DNA of 64,000 nucleotides from Eledone cirrhosa. Taxonomy: Eukaryota. The position numbers were made by a program, and so were the translations under genes. Under the pieces are notes generated by a model that worked only from the letters and a program-made list of their open reading frames with translations, searched no databases and was not told the DNA's origin. Positions 30,001-45,000 of the stretch are shown here, piece after piece (the stretch's first letter is position 1; each line of letters begins with the position of its first letter). The DNA is taken from contig OZ024748.1 of NCBI GenBank assembly GCA_964016885.1, positions 26,474,001 through 26,538,000 of the forward strand. The letters run 5' to 3'.

Positions 30001-33000
30001 CTACCTATCAAGACACCTACAAGCACAGCAGAAAAGATCACTGAAACTGGAACAGACACAACAGCAACAACATCACAGCTTCCTTCAACAAGTGAAATCC
30101 ATATAGAAACTCCTAAATCTACTTCTGAACTGCCTCATATAACTGACATTGAAACAAGTACAGTGGAAAGAACAACACAAATTACAGATATTGAAACTGA
30201 ACGCACAACTCAAACAGAAATTACACCACAACTAACAACATCTCCTGAAGAAACAACTCTGTCTACTCAGGCAGAGGACATCGAAAGGGTGACACCAACA
30301 CAAGTTGCTAGCACAATGCATACATCACCTGAAACAACAGTTGTTTCATCTCCAGAACACACCTCTATAACACCTACAGATGAACTTACTAGTATTGAAT
30401 ATACAACTGAGACATCAACTGAAAAGCCACTACCTATAAAGACACCTACAAACACAGCTGAAAAGATCACTGAAACTATAACAGACACAACAGCAACAAC
30501 ATCACAGCTTCCTTCAACAAGTGAAATCCATATAGAAACTCATAAATCTACTTCTGAACTGCCTCATATAACAGACATTGAAACAAGTACAATGGAAAGA
30601 ACAACACAAATTATAGATATTGAAACTGAACGCACAACTCAGACAGAAATTACACCACAACTAACAAAATCTCCTGAAGAAACAACTCTGTCTACTCAGA
30701 TAGAGGACATCGAAAAGGTGACACCAACACAAGTTGCTAGCACATTGCATACATCACCTGAAACAACAGTTGTTTCATCTCCTGAACACACCTCTATAAC
30801 ACCTACAGATGAACTTATTAGTATTGAATATACAACTGAGACATCAACTGAAAAACCGCTACCTACGATAAAACCTACAAGCACAGCAGAAAAGATCACT
30901 GAAACTAGAACAGACACAACAGCAACAACATCACAGCTTCCTTCAACAAGTGAAATCCATATAGAAACTCCTAAATCTACTTCTGAACTGCCTCAGATAA
31001 CTGATATTGAAACAAGTACAGTGGAAAGGACAACACAAATTACATATATTGAAACTGAACGCACAACTCAGACAGAAATTACACCACAACTAACAACATC
31101 TCCTGAAGAAACAACTCTGTCTACTCAGGTAGAGGACATCGAAAGGGTGACACCAACACAAGTTGCTAGCACAATGCATACATCACCTGAAACAACAGTT
31201 GTTTCATCTCCAGAACACACCTCTATAACACCTACAGATGAACTTACTAGTATTGAATATACAACTGAGACATCAACTGAAAAATCACTACCTACGATAA
31301 CACCTACAAGCACAGCAGAAAAGATCACTAAAACTATAACAGACACAACAGCAACAACATCACAGCTTCCTTCAACAAGTGAAATCCATATAGAAACTCC
31401 TAAATCTACTTCTGAACTGCCTCATATAACTGACATTGAAACAAGTACAGTGGAAGGAACAACACAAGTTACAGATATTGAAACTGAGCGCACAACTCAG
31501 AGAGAAATTACACCACAACAAACAACATCTCCTGAAGAAACAACACTGTCTACTCAGGTAGAGGACATTGAAAAGGTGACACCAACACAAGTTACTAGCA
31601 CAATGCATACATCACCTGAAACAACAGTTGTTTCATCTCCAGAACACACCTCTATAACACCTACAGATGAACTTACTAGTATTGAATATACAACTGAGAC
31701 ATCAACTGAAAAACCACTACCTATAAAGACACCTACAAACACAGCTGAAAAGATCACTGAAACTATAACAGACACAACAGCAACAACATCACAGCTTCCT
31801 TCAACAAGTGAAATCCATATAGAAACTCCTAAATCTACTTCTGAACTGCCTCATATAACAGACATTGAAACAAGTACAATGGAAAGAACAACACAAATTA
31901 CAGATATTGAAACTGAACGCACAACTCAGACAGAAATTACACCACAACTAACAACATCTCCTGAAGAAACAACTCTGTCTACTCAGGTAGAGGACATTGA
32001 AAAGGTGACACCAACACAAGTTGCTAGCACAATGCATACATCACCTGAAACAACAGTTGTTTCATCTCCAGAACACACCTCTATAACACCTACAGATGAA
32101 CTTACTAGTATAGAATATACAACTGAGACATCAACTGAAAAACCACTACCTATACAGACACCTACAAGCACAGCTGAAAAGATCACTGAAACTATAACAG
32201 ACACAACAGCAACAACATCACAGCTTCCTTCAACAAGTGAAATCCATATAGAAACTCATAAATCTACTTCTGAACTGCCTCATATAACAAACATTGAAAC
32301 AAGTACAATGGAAAGAACAACACAAATTACAGATATTGAAACTGAACGCACAACTCAGACAGAAATTACACCACAACTAACAACATCTCCTGAAGAAACA
32401 ACTCTGTCTAGACAGGTAGAGGACATCGAAAAGGTGACACCAACACAAGTTGCTAGCACAATGCATACATCACCTGAAACAACAGTTGTTTCATCTCCAG
32501 AATACACCTCTATAACACCTACAGATGAACTTACTAGTATTGAATATACAACTGAGACATCAACTGAAAAACCACTACCTATCAAGACACCTACAAGCAC
32601 AGCAGAAAAGATCACTGAAACTGGAACAGACACAACAGCAACAACATCACAGCTTCCTTCAACAAGTGAAATCCATATAGAAACTCCTAAATCTACTTCT
32701 GAACTGCCTCATATAACTGACATTGAAACAAGTACAGTGGAAAGAACAACACAAATTACAGATATTGAAACTGAACGCACAACTCAAACAGAAATTACAC
32801 CACAACTAACAACATCTCCTGAAGAAACAACTCTGTCTACTCAGGCAGAGGACATCGAAAGGGTGACACCAACACAAGTTGCTAGCACAATGCATACATC
32901 ACCTGAAACAACAGTTGTTTCATCTCCAGAACACACCTCTATAACACCTACAGATGAACTTACTAGTATTGAATATACAACTGAGACATCAACTGAAAAG

Positions 33001-36000
33001 CCACTACCTATAAAGACACCTACAAACACAGCTGAAAAGATCACTGAAACTATAACAGACACAACAGCAACAACATCACAGCTTCCTTCAACAAGTGAAA
33101 TCCATATAGAAACTCATAAATCTACTTCTGAACTGCCTCATATAACAGACATTGAAACAAGTACAATGGAAAGAACAACACAAATTATAGATATTGAAAC
33201 TGAACGCACAACTCAGACAGAAATTACACCACAACTAACAAAATCTCCTGAAGAAACAACTCTGTCTACTCAGATAGAGGACATCGAAAAGGTGACACCA
33301 ACACAAGTTGCTAGCACATTGCATACATCACCTGAAACAACAGTTGTTTCATCTCCTGAACACACCTCTATAACACCTACAGATGAACTTATTAGTATTG
33401 AATATACAACTGAGACATCAACTGAAAAACCGCTACCTACGATAAAACCTACAAGCACAGCAGAAAAGATCACTGAAACTAGAACAGACACAACAGCAAC
33501 AACATCACAGCTTCCTTCAACAAGTGAAATCCATATAGAAACTCCTAAATCTACTTCTGAACTGCCTCAGATAACTGATATTGAAACAAGTACAGTGGAA
33601 AGGACAACACAAATTACATATATTGAAACTGAACGCACAACTCAGACAGAAATTACACCACAACTAACAACATCTCCTGAAGAAACAACTCTGTCTACTC
33701 AGGTAGAGGACATCGAAAGGGTGACACCAACACAAGTTGCTAGCACAATGCATACATCACCTGAAACAACAGTTGTTTCATCTCCAGAACACACCTCTAT
33801 AACACCTACAGATGAACTTACTAGTATTGAATATACAACTGAGACATCAACTGAAAAACCACTACCTATAAAGACACCTACAAGCACAGCTGAAAAGATC
33901 ACTGAAACTATAACAGACACAACAGCAACAACATCACAGCTTCCTTCAACAAGTGAAATCCATATAGAAACTCATAAATCTACTTCTGAACTGCCTCATA
34001 TAACAGACATTGAAACAAGTACAATGGAAAGAACAACACAAATTATAGATATTGAAACTGAACGCACAACTCAGGCAGAAATTACACCACAACTGACAAC
34101 ATCTCCTGAAGAAACAACTCTGTCTACTCAGATAGAGGACATCGAAAAGGTGACACCAACACAAGTTGCTAGCACAATGCATACATCACCTGAAACAACA
34201 GTTGTTTCATCTCCTGAACACACCTCTATAACACCTACAGATGAACTTACTAGTATTGAATATAGAACTGAGACATCAACTGAAAAATCACTACCTACGA
34301 TAACACCTACAAGCACAGCAGAAAAGATCACTGAAACTAGAACAGACACAACAGCAACAACATCACAGCTTCCTTCAACAAGTGAAATCCATATAGAAAC
34401 TCCTAAATCTACTTCTGAACTGCCCCATATAACTGACATTGAAACAAGTACAGTGGAAAGAACAACACAAATTACAGATATTGAAACTGAACGCACAACT
34501 CAGACAGAAATTACACCACAACTAACAACATCTCCTGAAGAAACAACTCTGTCTACTCAGGCAGAGGACATCGAAAGGGTGACACCAACACAAGTTGCTA
34601 GCGCAATGCATACATCACCTGAAACAACAGTTGTTTCATCTCCAGAACACACCTCTATAACACCTACAGATGAACTTACTAGTATTGAATATACAACTGA
34701 GACATCAACTGAAAAACCACTACCTATAAAGACACCTACAAGCACAGCTGAAAAGATCACTGAAACTATAACAGACACAACAGCAACAACATCACAGCTT
34801 CCTTCAACAAGTGAAATCTATATAGAAACTCCTAAATCTACTTCTGAACTGCCTCATATAACAGACATTGAAACAAGTACAATGGAAAGAACAACACAAA
34901 TTACAGATATTGAAACTGAACGCACAACTCAGACAGAAATGACACCACAACTAACAACATCTCCTGAAGAAACAACTCTGTCTACTCAGGTAGAGGACAT
35001 TGAAAAGGTGACACCAACACAAGTTGCTAGCACAATGCATACATCACCTGAAACAACAGTTGTTTCATCTCCTGAACACACCTCTATAACACCTACAGAT
35101 GAACTTACTAGTATTGAATATAGAACTGAGACATCAACTGAAAAATCACTACCTACGATAACACCTACAAGCACAGCAGAAAAGATCACTGAAACTATAA
35201 CAGACACAACAGCAACAACATCACAGCTTCCTTCAACAAGTGAAATCCATATAGAAACTCATAAATCTGCTTCTGAACTGCCTCATATAACAGACATTGA
35301 AACAAGTACGATGGAAAGAACAACACAAATTACAGATATTGAAACTGAAAGCACAACTCAGACAGAAATTACACCACAACTAACAACATCTCCTGAAGAA
35401 ACAACTCTGTCTAGTCAGGTAGTGGACATCGAAAAGGTGACACCAACACAAGTTGCTAGCACAATGCATACATCACCTGAAACAACAGTTGTTTCATCTC
35501 CAGAACACACCTCTATAACACCTACAGATGAACTTACTAGTATTGAATATACAACTGAGACATCAACTGAAAAACCACTACCTATCAAGACACCTACAAG
35601 CACAGCAGAAAAGATCACTGAAACTAGAACAGACACAACAGCAACAACATCACAGCTTCCTTCAACAAGTGAAATCCATATAGAAACTCCTAAATCTACT
35701 TCTGAACTGCCCCATATAACTGACATTGAAACAAGTACAGTGGAAAGAACAACACAAATTACAGATATTGAAACTGAACGCACAACTCAGACAGAAATTA
35801 CACCACAACTAACAACATCTCCTGAAGAAACAACTCTGTCTACTCAGGCAGAGGACATCGAAAGGGTGACACCAACACAAGTTGCTAGCGCAATGCATAC
35901 ATCACCTGAAACAACAGTTGTTTCATCTCCAGAACACACCTCTATAACACCTACAGATGAACTTACTAGTATTGAATATACAACTGAGACATCAACTGAA

Positions 36001-39000
36001 AAACCACTACCTATAAAGACACCTACAAGCACAGCTGAAAAGATCACTGAAACTATAACAGACACAACAGCAACAACATCACAGCTTCCTTCAACAAGTG
36101 AAATCCATATAGAAACTCAAAAATCTACTTCTGAACTGCCTCATATAACAGACATTGAAACAAGTACAATGGAAAGAACAACACAAATTACAGATATTGA
36201 AACTGAACGCACAACTCAGACAGAAATTACACCACAACTAACAACATCTCCTGAAGAAACAACTCTGTCTACTCAGGCAGAGGACATCGAAAGGGTGACA
36301 CCAACACAAGTTGCTAGCACAATGCATACATCACCTGAAACAACAGTTGTTTCATCTCCAGAACACACCTCTATAACACCTACAGATGAACTTACTAGTA
36401 TTGAATATACAACTGAGACATCAACTGATAAACCACTACCTATCAAGACACCTACAAGCACAGCAGAAAAGATCACTGAAACTATAACAGACACAACAGC
36501 AACAACATCACAGCTTCCTTCAACAAGTCAAATCCATATAGAAACTCATAAATCTACTTCTGAACTGCCTCATATAACAGACATTGAAACAAGTACAATG
36601 GAAAGAACAACACAAATTACAGATATTGAAACTGAACGCACAACTCAGACAGAAATTACACCACAACTAACAACATCTCCTGAAGAAACAACTCTGTCTA
36701 CTCAGATAGAGGACATCGAAAATGTGACACCAACACAAGTTGCTAGCACAATGCATACATCACCTGAAACAACAGTTGTTTCATCTCCTGAACACACCTC
36801 TATAACACCTACAGATGAACTTACTAGTATTGAATATAGAACTGAGACATCAACTGAAAAATCACTACCTACGATAACACCTACAAGCACAGCAGAAAAG
36901 ACCACTGAAACTAGAACAGACACAACAGCAACAACATCACAGCTTCCTTCAACAAGTGAAATCCATATAGAAACTCCTAAATCTACTTCTGAACTGCCTC
37001 ATATAACTGACATTGAAACAAGTACAGTGGAAAGAACAACACAAATTACAGATATTGAAACTGAACGCACAACTCAGACAGAAATTACACCACAACTAAC
37101 AACATCTCCTGAAGAAACAACTCTGTCTACTCAGGCAGAGGACATCGAAAGGGTGACACCAACACAAGTTGCTAGCACAATGCATGCATCACCTGAAACA
37201 ACAGTTGTTTCATCTCCTGAGCACACCTCTATAACACCTACAGATGAACTTACTAGTATTGAATATACAACTGAGACATCAACTGAAAAACCACTACCTA
37301 TCAAGACACCTACAAGCACAGCAGAAAAGATCACTGAAACTAGAACAGACACTACAGCAACAACATCACAGCTTCCTTCAACAAGTGAAATCCATATAGA
37401 AACTCCTAAATCTACTTCTGAACTGCCTCATATAACTGACATTGAAACAAGTACAGTGGAAAGAACAACACAAATTACAGATATTGAAACTGAACGCATA
37501 ACTCAGACAGAACTTACACCACAACAAACAACATCTCCTGAAGAAACAACACTGTCTACTCAGGTAGAGGACATCGAAAGGATGACAGCAACACAAGTTG
37601 CTAGCACAATGCATACATCACCTGAAACAACAGTTGTTTCATCTCCTGAACACACCTCTATAACACCTACAGATGAACTGAATATTAAAGAATACACAAC
37701 GGAGACATCAACTGAAAAATCACTACCTATGACAACACCAACAAGCACAACAGAAAAGATCACTGAAATTAGAACAGACACAACAGCAACAACATCACAG
37801 CTTCCTTCAACAAGTGAAATCCATATAGAAACTCCTAAATCTACTTCTGAACTGCCTCATATAACTGACATTGAAACAAGTACAGTGGAAAGGACAACAC
37901 AAATTACAGATATTGAAACTGAACGCACAACTCAGACAGAAATTACACCACAACTAACAACATCTCCTGAAGAAACAACACTGTCTACTCAGGTAGAGGA
38001 CATCCTAAAGGTGACACCAACACAAGTTGCTAGCACAATGCATACATCACCTGAAACAACAGTTATTTCATATCCAGAACACACCTCTATAACACCTACA
38101 GATGAACTTATTAGTATTGAATATACAACTGAGACATCAACTGAAAAACCACTACCTATGACAACACCTACAAGCACAGCAGAAAAGATCACTGAAACTA
38201 GTACAGACACAACAGCAACAACATCACAGCTTCCTTCAACAAGTGAAATCCATATAGAAACTCCTAAATCTACCTCTGAACTGCCTCATATAACTGACAT
38301 TGAAACAAGTACAGTGGAAAGAACAACACAAATTACAGATATTGAAACTGAGCGCACTACTCACACAGAAATTACACCACAACTAACAACATCTCCTGAA
38401 GAAACAACTCTGTCTACTCAGGCAGAGGACATCGAAAGGGTGACACCAACACAAGTTGCTAGCACAATGCATACATCACCTGAAACAACAGTTGTTTCAT
38501 CTCCAGAACACACCTCTATAACACCTACAGATGAACTTACTAGTATTGAATATACAACTGAGACATTAACTGAAAAACCACTACCTATAAAGACACCTAC
38601 AAGCACAGCTGAAAAGATCACTGAAACTATAACAGACACAACAGCAACAACATCACAGCTTCCTTCAACAAGTGAAATCCATATAGAAACTCATAAATCT
38701 ACTTCTGAACTTTCTCATATAACAGACATTGAAACAAGTACAATGGAAAGAACAACACAAATTACAGATATTGAAACTGAACGCACAACTCAGACAGAAA
38801 TTACACCACAACTAACAACATCTCCTGAAGAAACAACTCTGTCTACTCAGGTAGAGGACATCGAAAAGGTGACACCAACACAAGTTGTTAGCACAATGCA
38901 TACATCACCTGAAACAACAGTTGTTTCATCTCCTGAACACACCTCTATAACACCTACAGATGAACATACTAGTATTGAATATACAACTGAGACATCAACT

Positions 39001-42000
39001 GAAAAACCACTATCTATAAAGACACCTACAAGCACAGCTGAAAAGATTACTGAAACTATAACAGACACAACAGCAACAACATCACAGCTTCCTTCAACAA
39101 GTGAAATCCATATAGAAACTCCTAAATCTACTTCTGAACTGCCTCATATAACTGACATTGAAACAAGTACAGTGGAAAGAACAACACGAATTACAGATAT
39201 TGAAACTGAACGCACAACTCAGACAGAAATTACACCACAACTAACAACATCTCATGAAGAAACAACACTGTCTACTCAGGTAGAGGACATCCTAAAGGTG
39301 ACACCAACACAAGTTGCTAGCACAATGCATACATCACCTGAAACAACAGTTGTTTCATATCCAGAACACACCTCTATAACACCTACAGATGAACTTATTA
39401 GTATTGAATATACAACTGAGACATCAACTGAAAAACCACTACCTATGACAACACCTACAAGCACAGCAGAAAAGATCACTGAAACCAGAACAGACACAAC
39501 AGCAACAACATCACAGCTTCCTTCAACAAGTGAAATCCATATAGAAACTCCTAAATCTACTTCTGAACTGCCTCATATAACTGACATTGAAACAAGTACA
39601 GTGGAAAGAACAACACGAATGACAGATATTGAAACTGAACGCACGACTCAGACAGAAATTACACCACAACTAACAACATCTCCTGAAGAAACAACTCTGT
39701 CTACTCAGGTAGAGGACATCGTAAAGGTGACACCAACACAAGTTGCTAGCACAATGCATGCATCACCTGAAACAACAGTTGTTTCATCTCCTGAACACAC
39801 CTCTATAACACCTACAGATGAACTTACTAGTATTGAATATACAACTGAGACATCAACTGAAAAACCACTAACTATCAAGACACCAACAAGCACAGCAGAA
39901 AAGATCACTGAAACTATAACAGACACAACAGCAACAACATCACAGCTTTCTTCAACAAGTGAAATCCATATAGAAACTCATAAATCTACTTCTGAACTGC
40001 CTCATATAACAAACATTGAAACAAGTACAATGGAAAGAACAACACAAATGACAGATATTGAAACTGAACGCACAACTCAGACAGAAATTACACCACAACT
40101 AACAACATCTCCTGAAGAAACAACTCTGTCTACTCAGGTAGAGGAATTCGAAAATGTGACACCAACACAAGTTGCTAGCACAATGCATACATCACCTGAA
40201 ACAACAGTTGTTTCATCTCCTGAACACACCTCTATAACACCTACAGATGAACTTACTAGTATTGAATATAGAACTGAGACATCAACTGAAAAATCACTAC
40301 CTACGATAACACCTACAAGCACAGCAGAAAAGACCACTGAAACTAGAACAGACACAACAGCAACAACATCACAGCTTCCTTCAACAAGTGAAATCCATAT
40401 AGAAACTCCTAAATCTACTTCTGAACTGCCTCATATAACTGACATTGAAACAAGTACAGTGGAAAGAACAACACAAATTACAGATATTGAAACTGAACGC
40501 ACAACTCAGACAGAAATTACACCACAACTAACAACATCTCCTGAAGAAACAACTCTGTCTACTCAGGCAGAGGACATCGAAAGGGTGACACCAACACAAG
40601 TTGCTAGCACAATGCATGCATCACCTGAAACAACAGTTGTTTCATCTCCTGAGCACACCTCTATAACACCTACAGATGAACTTACTAGTATTGAATATAC
40701 AACTGAGACATCAACTGAAAAACCACTACCTATCAAGACACCTACAAGCACAGCAGAAAAGATCACTGAAACTAGAACAGACACTACAGCAACAACATCA
40801 CAGCTTCCTTCAACAAGTGAAATCCATATAGAAACTCCTAAATCCACTTCTGAACTGCCTCATATAACTGACATTGAAACAAGTACAGTGGAAAGAACAA
40901 CACAAATTACAGATATTGAAACTGAACGCATAACTCAGACAGAACTTACACCACAACAAACAACATCTCCTGAAGAAACGACTCTGTCTACTCAGGTAGA
41001 GGACATCGAAAGGATGACAGCAACACAAGTTGCTAGCACAATGCATACATCACCTGAAACAACAGTTGTTTCATCTCCTGAACACACCTCTATAACACCT
41101 ACAGATGAACTGAATATTAAAGAATACACAACGGAGACATCAACTGAAAAATCACTACCTATGACAACACCAACAAGCACAACAGAAAAGATCACTGAAA
41201 TTAGAACAGACACAACAGCAACAACATCACAGCTTCCTTCAACAAGTGAAATCCATATAGAAACTCCTAAATCTACTTCTGAACTGCCTCATATAACTGA
41301 CATTGAAACAAGTACAGTGGAAAGGACAACACAAATTACAGATATTGAAACTGAACGCACAACTCAGACAGAAATTACACCACAACTAACAACATCTCCT
41401 GAAGAAACAACACTGTCTACTCAGGTAGAGGACATCCTAAAGGTGACACCAACACAAGTTGCTAGCACAATGCATACATCACCTGAAACAACAGTTATTT
41501 CATATCCAGAACACACCTCTATAACACCTACAGATGAACTTATTAGTATTGAATATACAACTGAGACATCAACTGAAAAACCACTACCTATGACAACACC
41601 TACAAGCACAGCAGAAAAGATCACTGAAACTAGTACAGACACAACAGCAACAACATCACAGCTTCCTTCAACAAGTGAAATCCATATAGAAACTCCTAAA
41701 TCTACCTCTGAACTGCCTCATATAACTGACATTGAAACAAGTACAGTGGAAAGAACAACACAAATTACAGATATTGAAACTGAGCGCACTACTCACACAG
41801 AAATTACACCACAACTAACAACATCTCCTGAAGAAACAACTCTGTCTACTCAGGCAGAGGACATCGAAAGGGTGACACCAACACAAGTTGCTAGCACAAT
41901 GCATACATCACCTGAAACAACAGTTGTTTCATCTCCAGAACACACCTCTATAACACCTACAGATGAACTTACTAGTATTGAATATACAACTGAGACATTA

Positions 42001-45000
42001 ACTGAAAAACCACTACCTATAAAGACACCTACAAGCACAGCTGAAAAGATCACTGAAACTATAACAGACACAACAGCAACAACATCACAGCTTCCTTCAA
42101 CAAGTGAAATCCATATAGAAACTCATAAATCTACTTCTGAACTTTCTCATATAACAGACATTGAAACAAGTACAATGGAAAGAACAACACAAATTACAGA
42201 TATTGAAACTGAACGCACAACTCAGACAGAAATTACACCACAACTAACAACATCTCCTGAAGAAACAACTCTGTCTACTCAGGTAGAGGACATCGAAAAG
42301 GTGACACCAACACAAGTTGTTAGCACAATGCATACATCACCTGAAACAACAGTTGTTTCATCTCCTGAACACACCTCTATAACACCTACAGATGAACTGA
42401 ATATTAAAGAATACACAACGGAGACATCAACTGAAAAATCACTACCTATGACAACACCAACAAGCACAACAGAAAAGATCACTGAAATTAGAACAGACAC
42501 AACAGCAACAACATCACAGCTTCCTTCAACAAGTGAAATCCATATAGAAACTCCTAAATCTACTTCTGAACTGCCTCATATAACTGACATTGAAACAAGT
42601 ACAGTGGAAAGGACAACACAAATTACAGATATTGAAACTGAACGCACAACTCAGACAGAAATTACACCACAACTAACAACATCTCCTGAAGAAACAACAT
42701 TGTCTACTCAGGTAGAGGACATCCTAAAGGTGACACCAACACAAGTTGCTAGCACAATGCATACATCACCTGAAACAACAGTTATTTCATATCCAGAACA
42801 CACCTCTATAACACCTACAGATGAACTTATTAGTATTGAATATACAACTGAGACATCAACTGAAAAACCACTACCTATGACAACACCTACAAGCACAGCA
42901 GAAAAGATCACTGAAACTAGTACAGACACAACAGCAACAACATCACAGCTTCCTTCAACAAGTGAAATCCATATAGAAACTCCTAAATCTACCTCTGAAC
43001 TGCCTCATATAACTGACATTGAAACAAGTACAGTGGAAAGAACAACACAAATTACAGATATTGAAACTGAGCGCACTACTCACACAGAAATTACACCACA
43101 ACTAACAACATCTCCTGAAGAAACAACTCTGTCTACTCAGGCAGAGGACATCGAAAGGGTGACACCAACACAAGTTGCTAGCACAATGCATACATCACCT
43201 GAAACAACAGTTGTTTCATCTCCAGAACACACCTCTATAACACCTACAGATGAACTAACTAGTATTGAATATACAACTGTGACATTAACTGAAAAACCAC
43301 TACCTATAAAGACACCTACAAGCACAGCTGAAAAGATCACTGAAACTATAACAGACACAACAGCAACAACATCACAGCTTCCTTCAACAAGTGAAATCCA
43401 TATAGAAACTCATAAATCTACTTCTGAACTTTCTCATATAACAGACATTGAAACAAGTACAATGGAAAGAACAACACAAATTACAGATATTGAAACTGAA
43501 CGCACAACTCAGACAGAAATTACACCACAACTAACAACATCTCCTGAAGAAACAACTCTGTCTACTCAGGTAGAGGACATCGAAAAGGTGACACCAACAC
43601 AAGTTGTTAGCACAATGCATACATCACCTGAAACAACAGTTGTTTCATCTCCTGAACACACCTCTATAACACCTACAGATGAACATACTAGTATTGAATA
43701 TACAACTGAGACATCAACTGAAAAACCACTATCTATAAAGACACCTACAAGCACAGCTGAAAAGATTACTGAAACTATAACAGACACAACAGCAACAACA
43801 TCACAGCTTCCTTCAACAAGTGAAATCCATATAGAAACTCCTAAATCTACTTCTGAACTGCCTCATATAACTGACATTGAAACAAGTACAGTGGAAAGAA
43901 CAACACGAATTACAGATATTGAAACTGAACGCACAACTCAGACAGAAATTACACCACAACTAACAACATCTCCTGAAGAAACAACACTGTCTACTCAGGT
44001 AGAGGACATCCTAAAGGTGACACCAACACAAGTTGCTAGCACAATGCATACATCACCTGAAACAACAGTTGTTTCATATCCAGAACACACCTCTATAACA
44101 CCTACAGATGAACTTATTAGTATTGAATATACAACTGAGACATCAACTGAAAAACCACTAACTATCAAGACACCTACAAGCACAGCAGAAAAGATCACTG
44201 AAACTAGAACAGACACAACAGCAACAACATCACAGCTTCCTTCAACAAGTGAAATCCATATAGAAACTCCTAAATCTACTTCTGAACTGCCTCATATAAC
44301 TGACATTGAAACAAGTACAGTGGAAAGAACAACACAAATTACAGATATTGAAACTGAACGCACAACTCACACAGAAATTACACCACAACTAACAACATCT
44401 CCTGAAGAAACAACTCTGTCTACTCAGGTAGAGGACATTGTAAGGGTGACACCAACACAAGTTGCTAGCACAATGCATACATCACCTGAAACAACAGTTG
44501 TTTCCTCTCCTGAACACACCTCTATAACACCTACAGATGAACTTACTAGTATTGAATATACAACTGAGACATCAACTGAAAAACCACTACCTATCAAGAC
44601 ACCTACAAGCACAGCAGAAAAGATCACTGAAACTAGAACAGACACAACAACAACAACATCACAGCTTCCTTCAACAAGTGAAATCCATATAGAAACTCCT
44701 AAATCTACTTCTGAACTGCCTCATATAACTGACATTGAAACAAGTACAGTGGAAAGAACAACACGAATGACAGATATTGAAACTGAGCGCACGACTCAGA
44801 CAGAAATTACACCACAACAAACAACATCTCCTGAAGAAACAACACTGTCTACTCAGGTAGAGGACATCGTAAAGGTGACACCAACACAAGTTGCTAGCAC
44901 AATGCATACATCACCTGAAACAACAGTTGTTTCATCTCCTGAACACACCTCTATGACACCTACAGATGAACTTACTAGTATTGAATATACAACTGAGACA

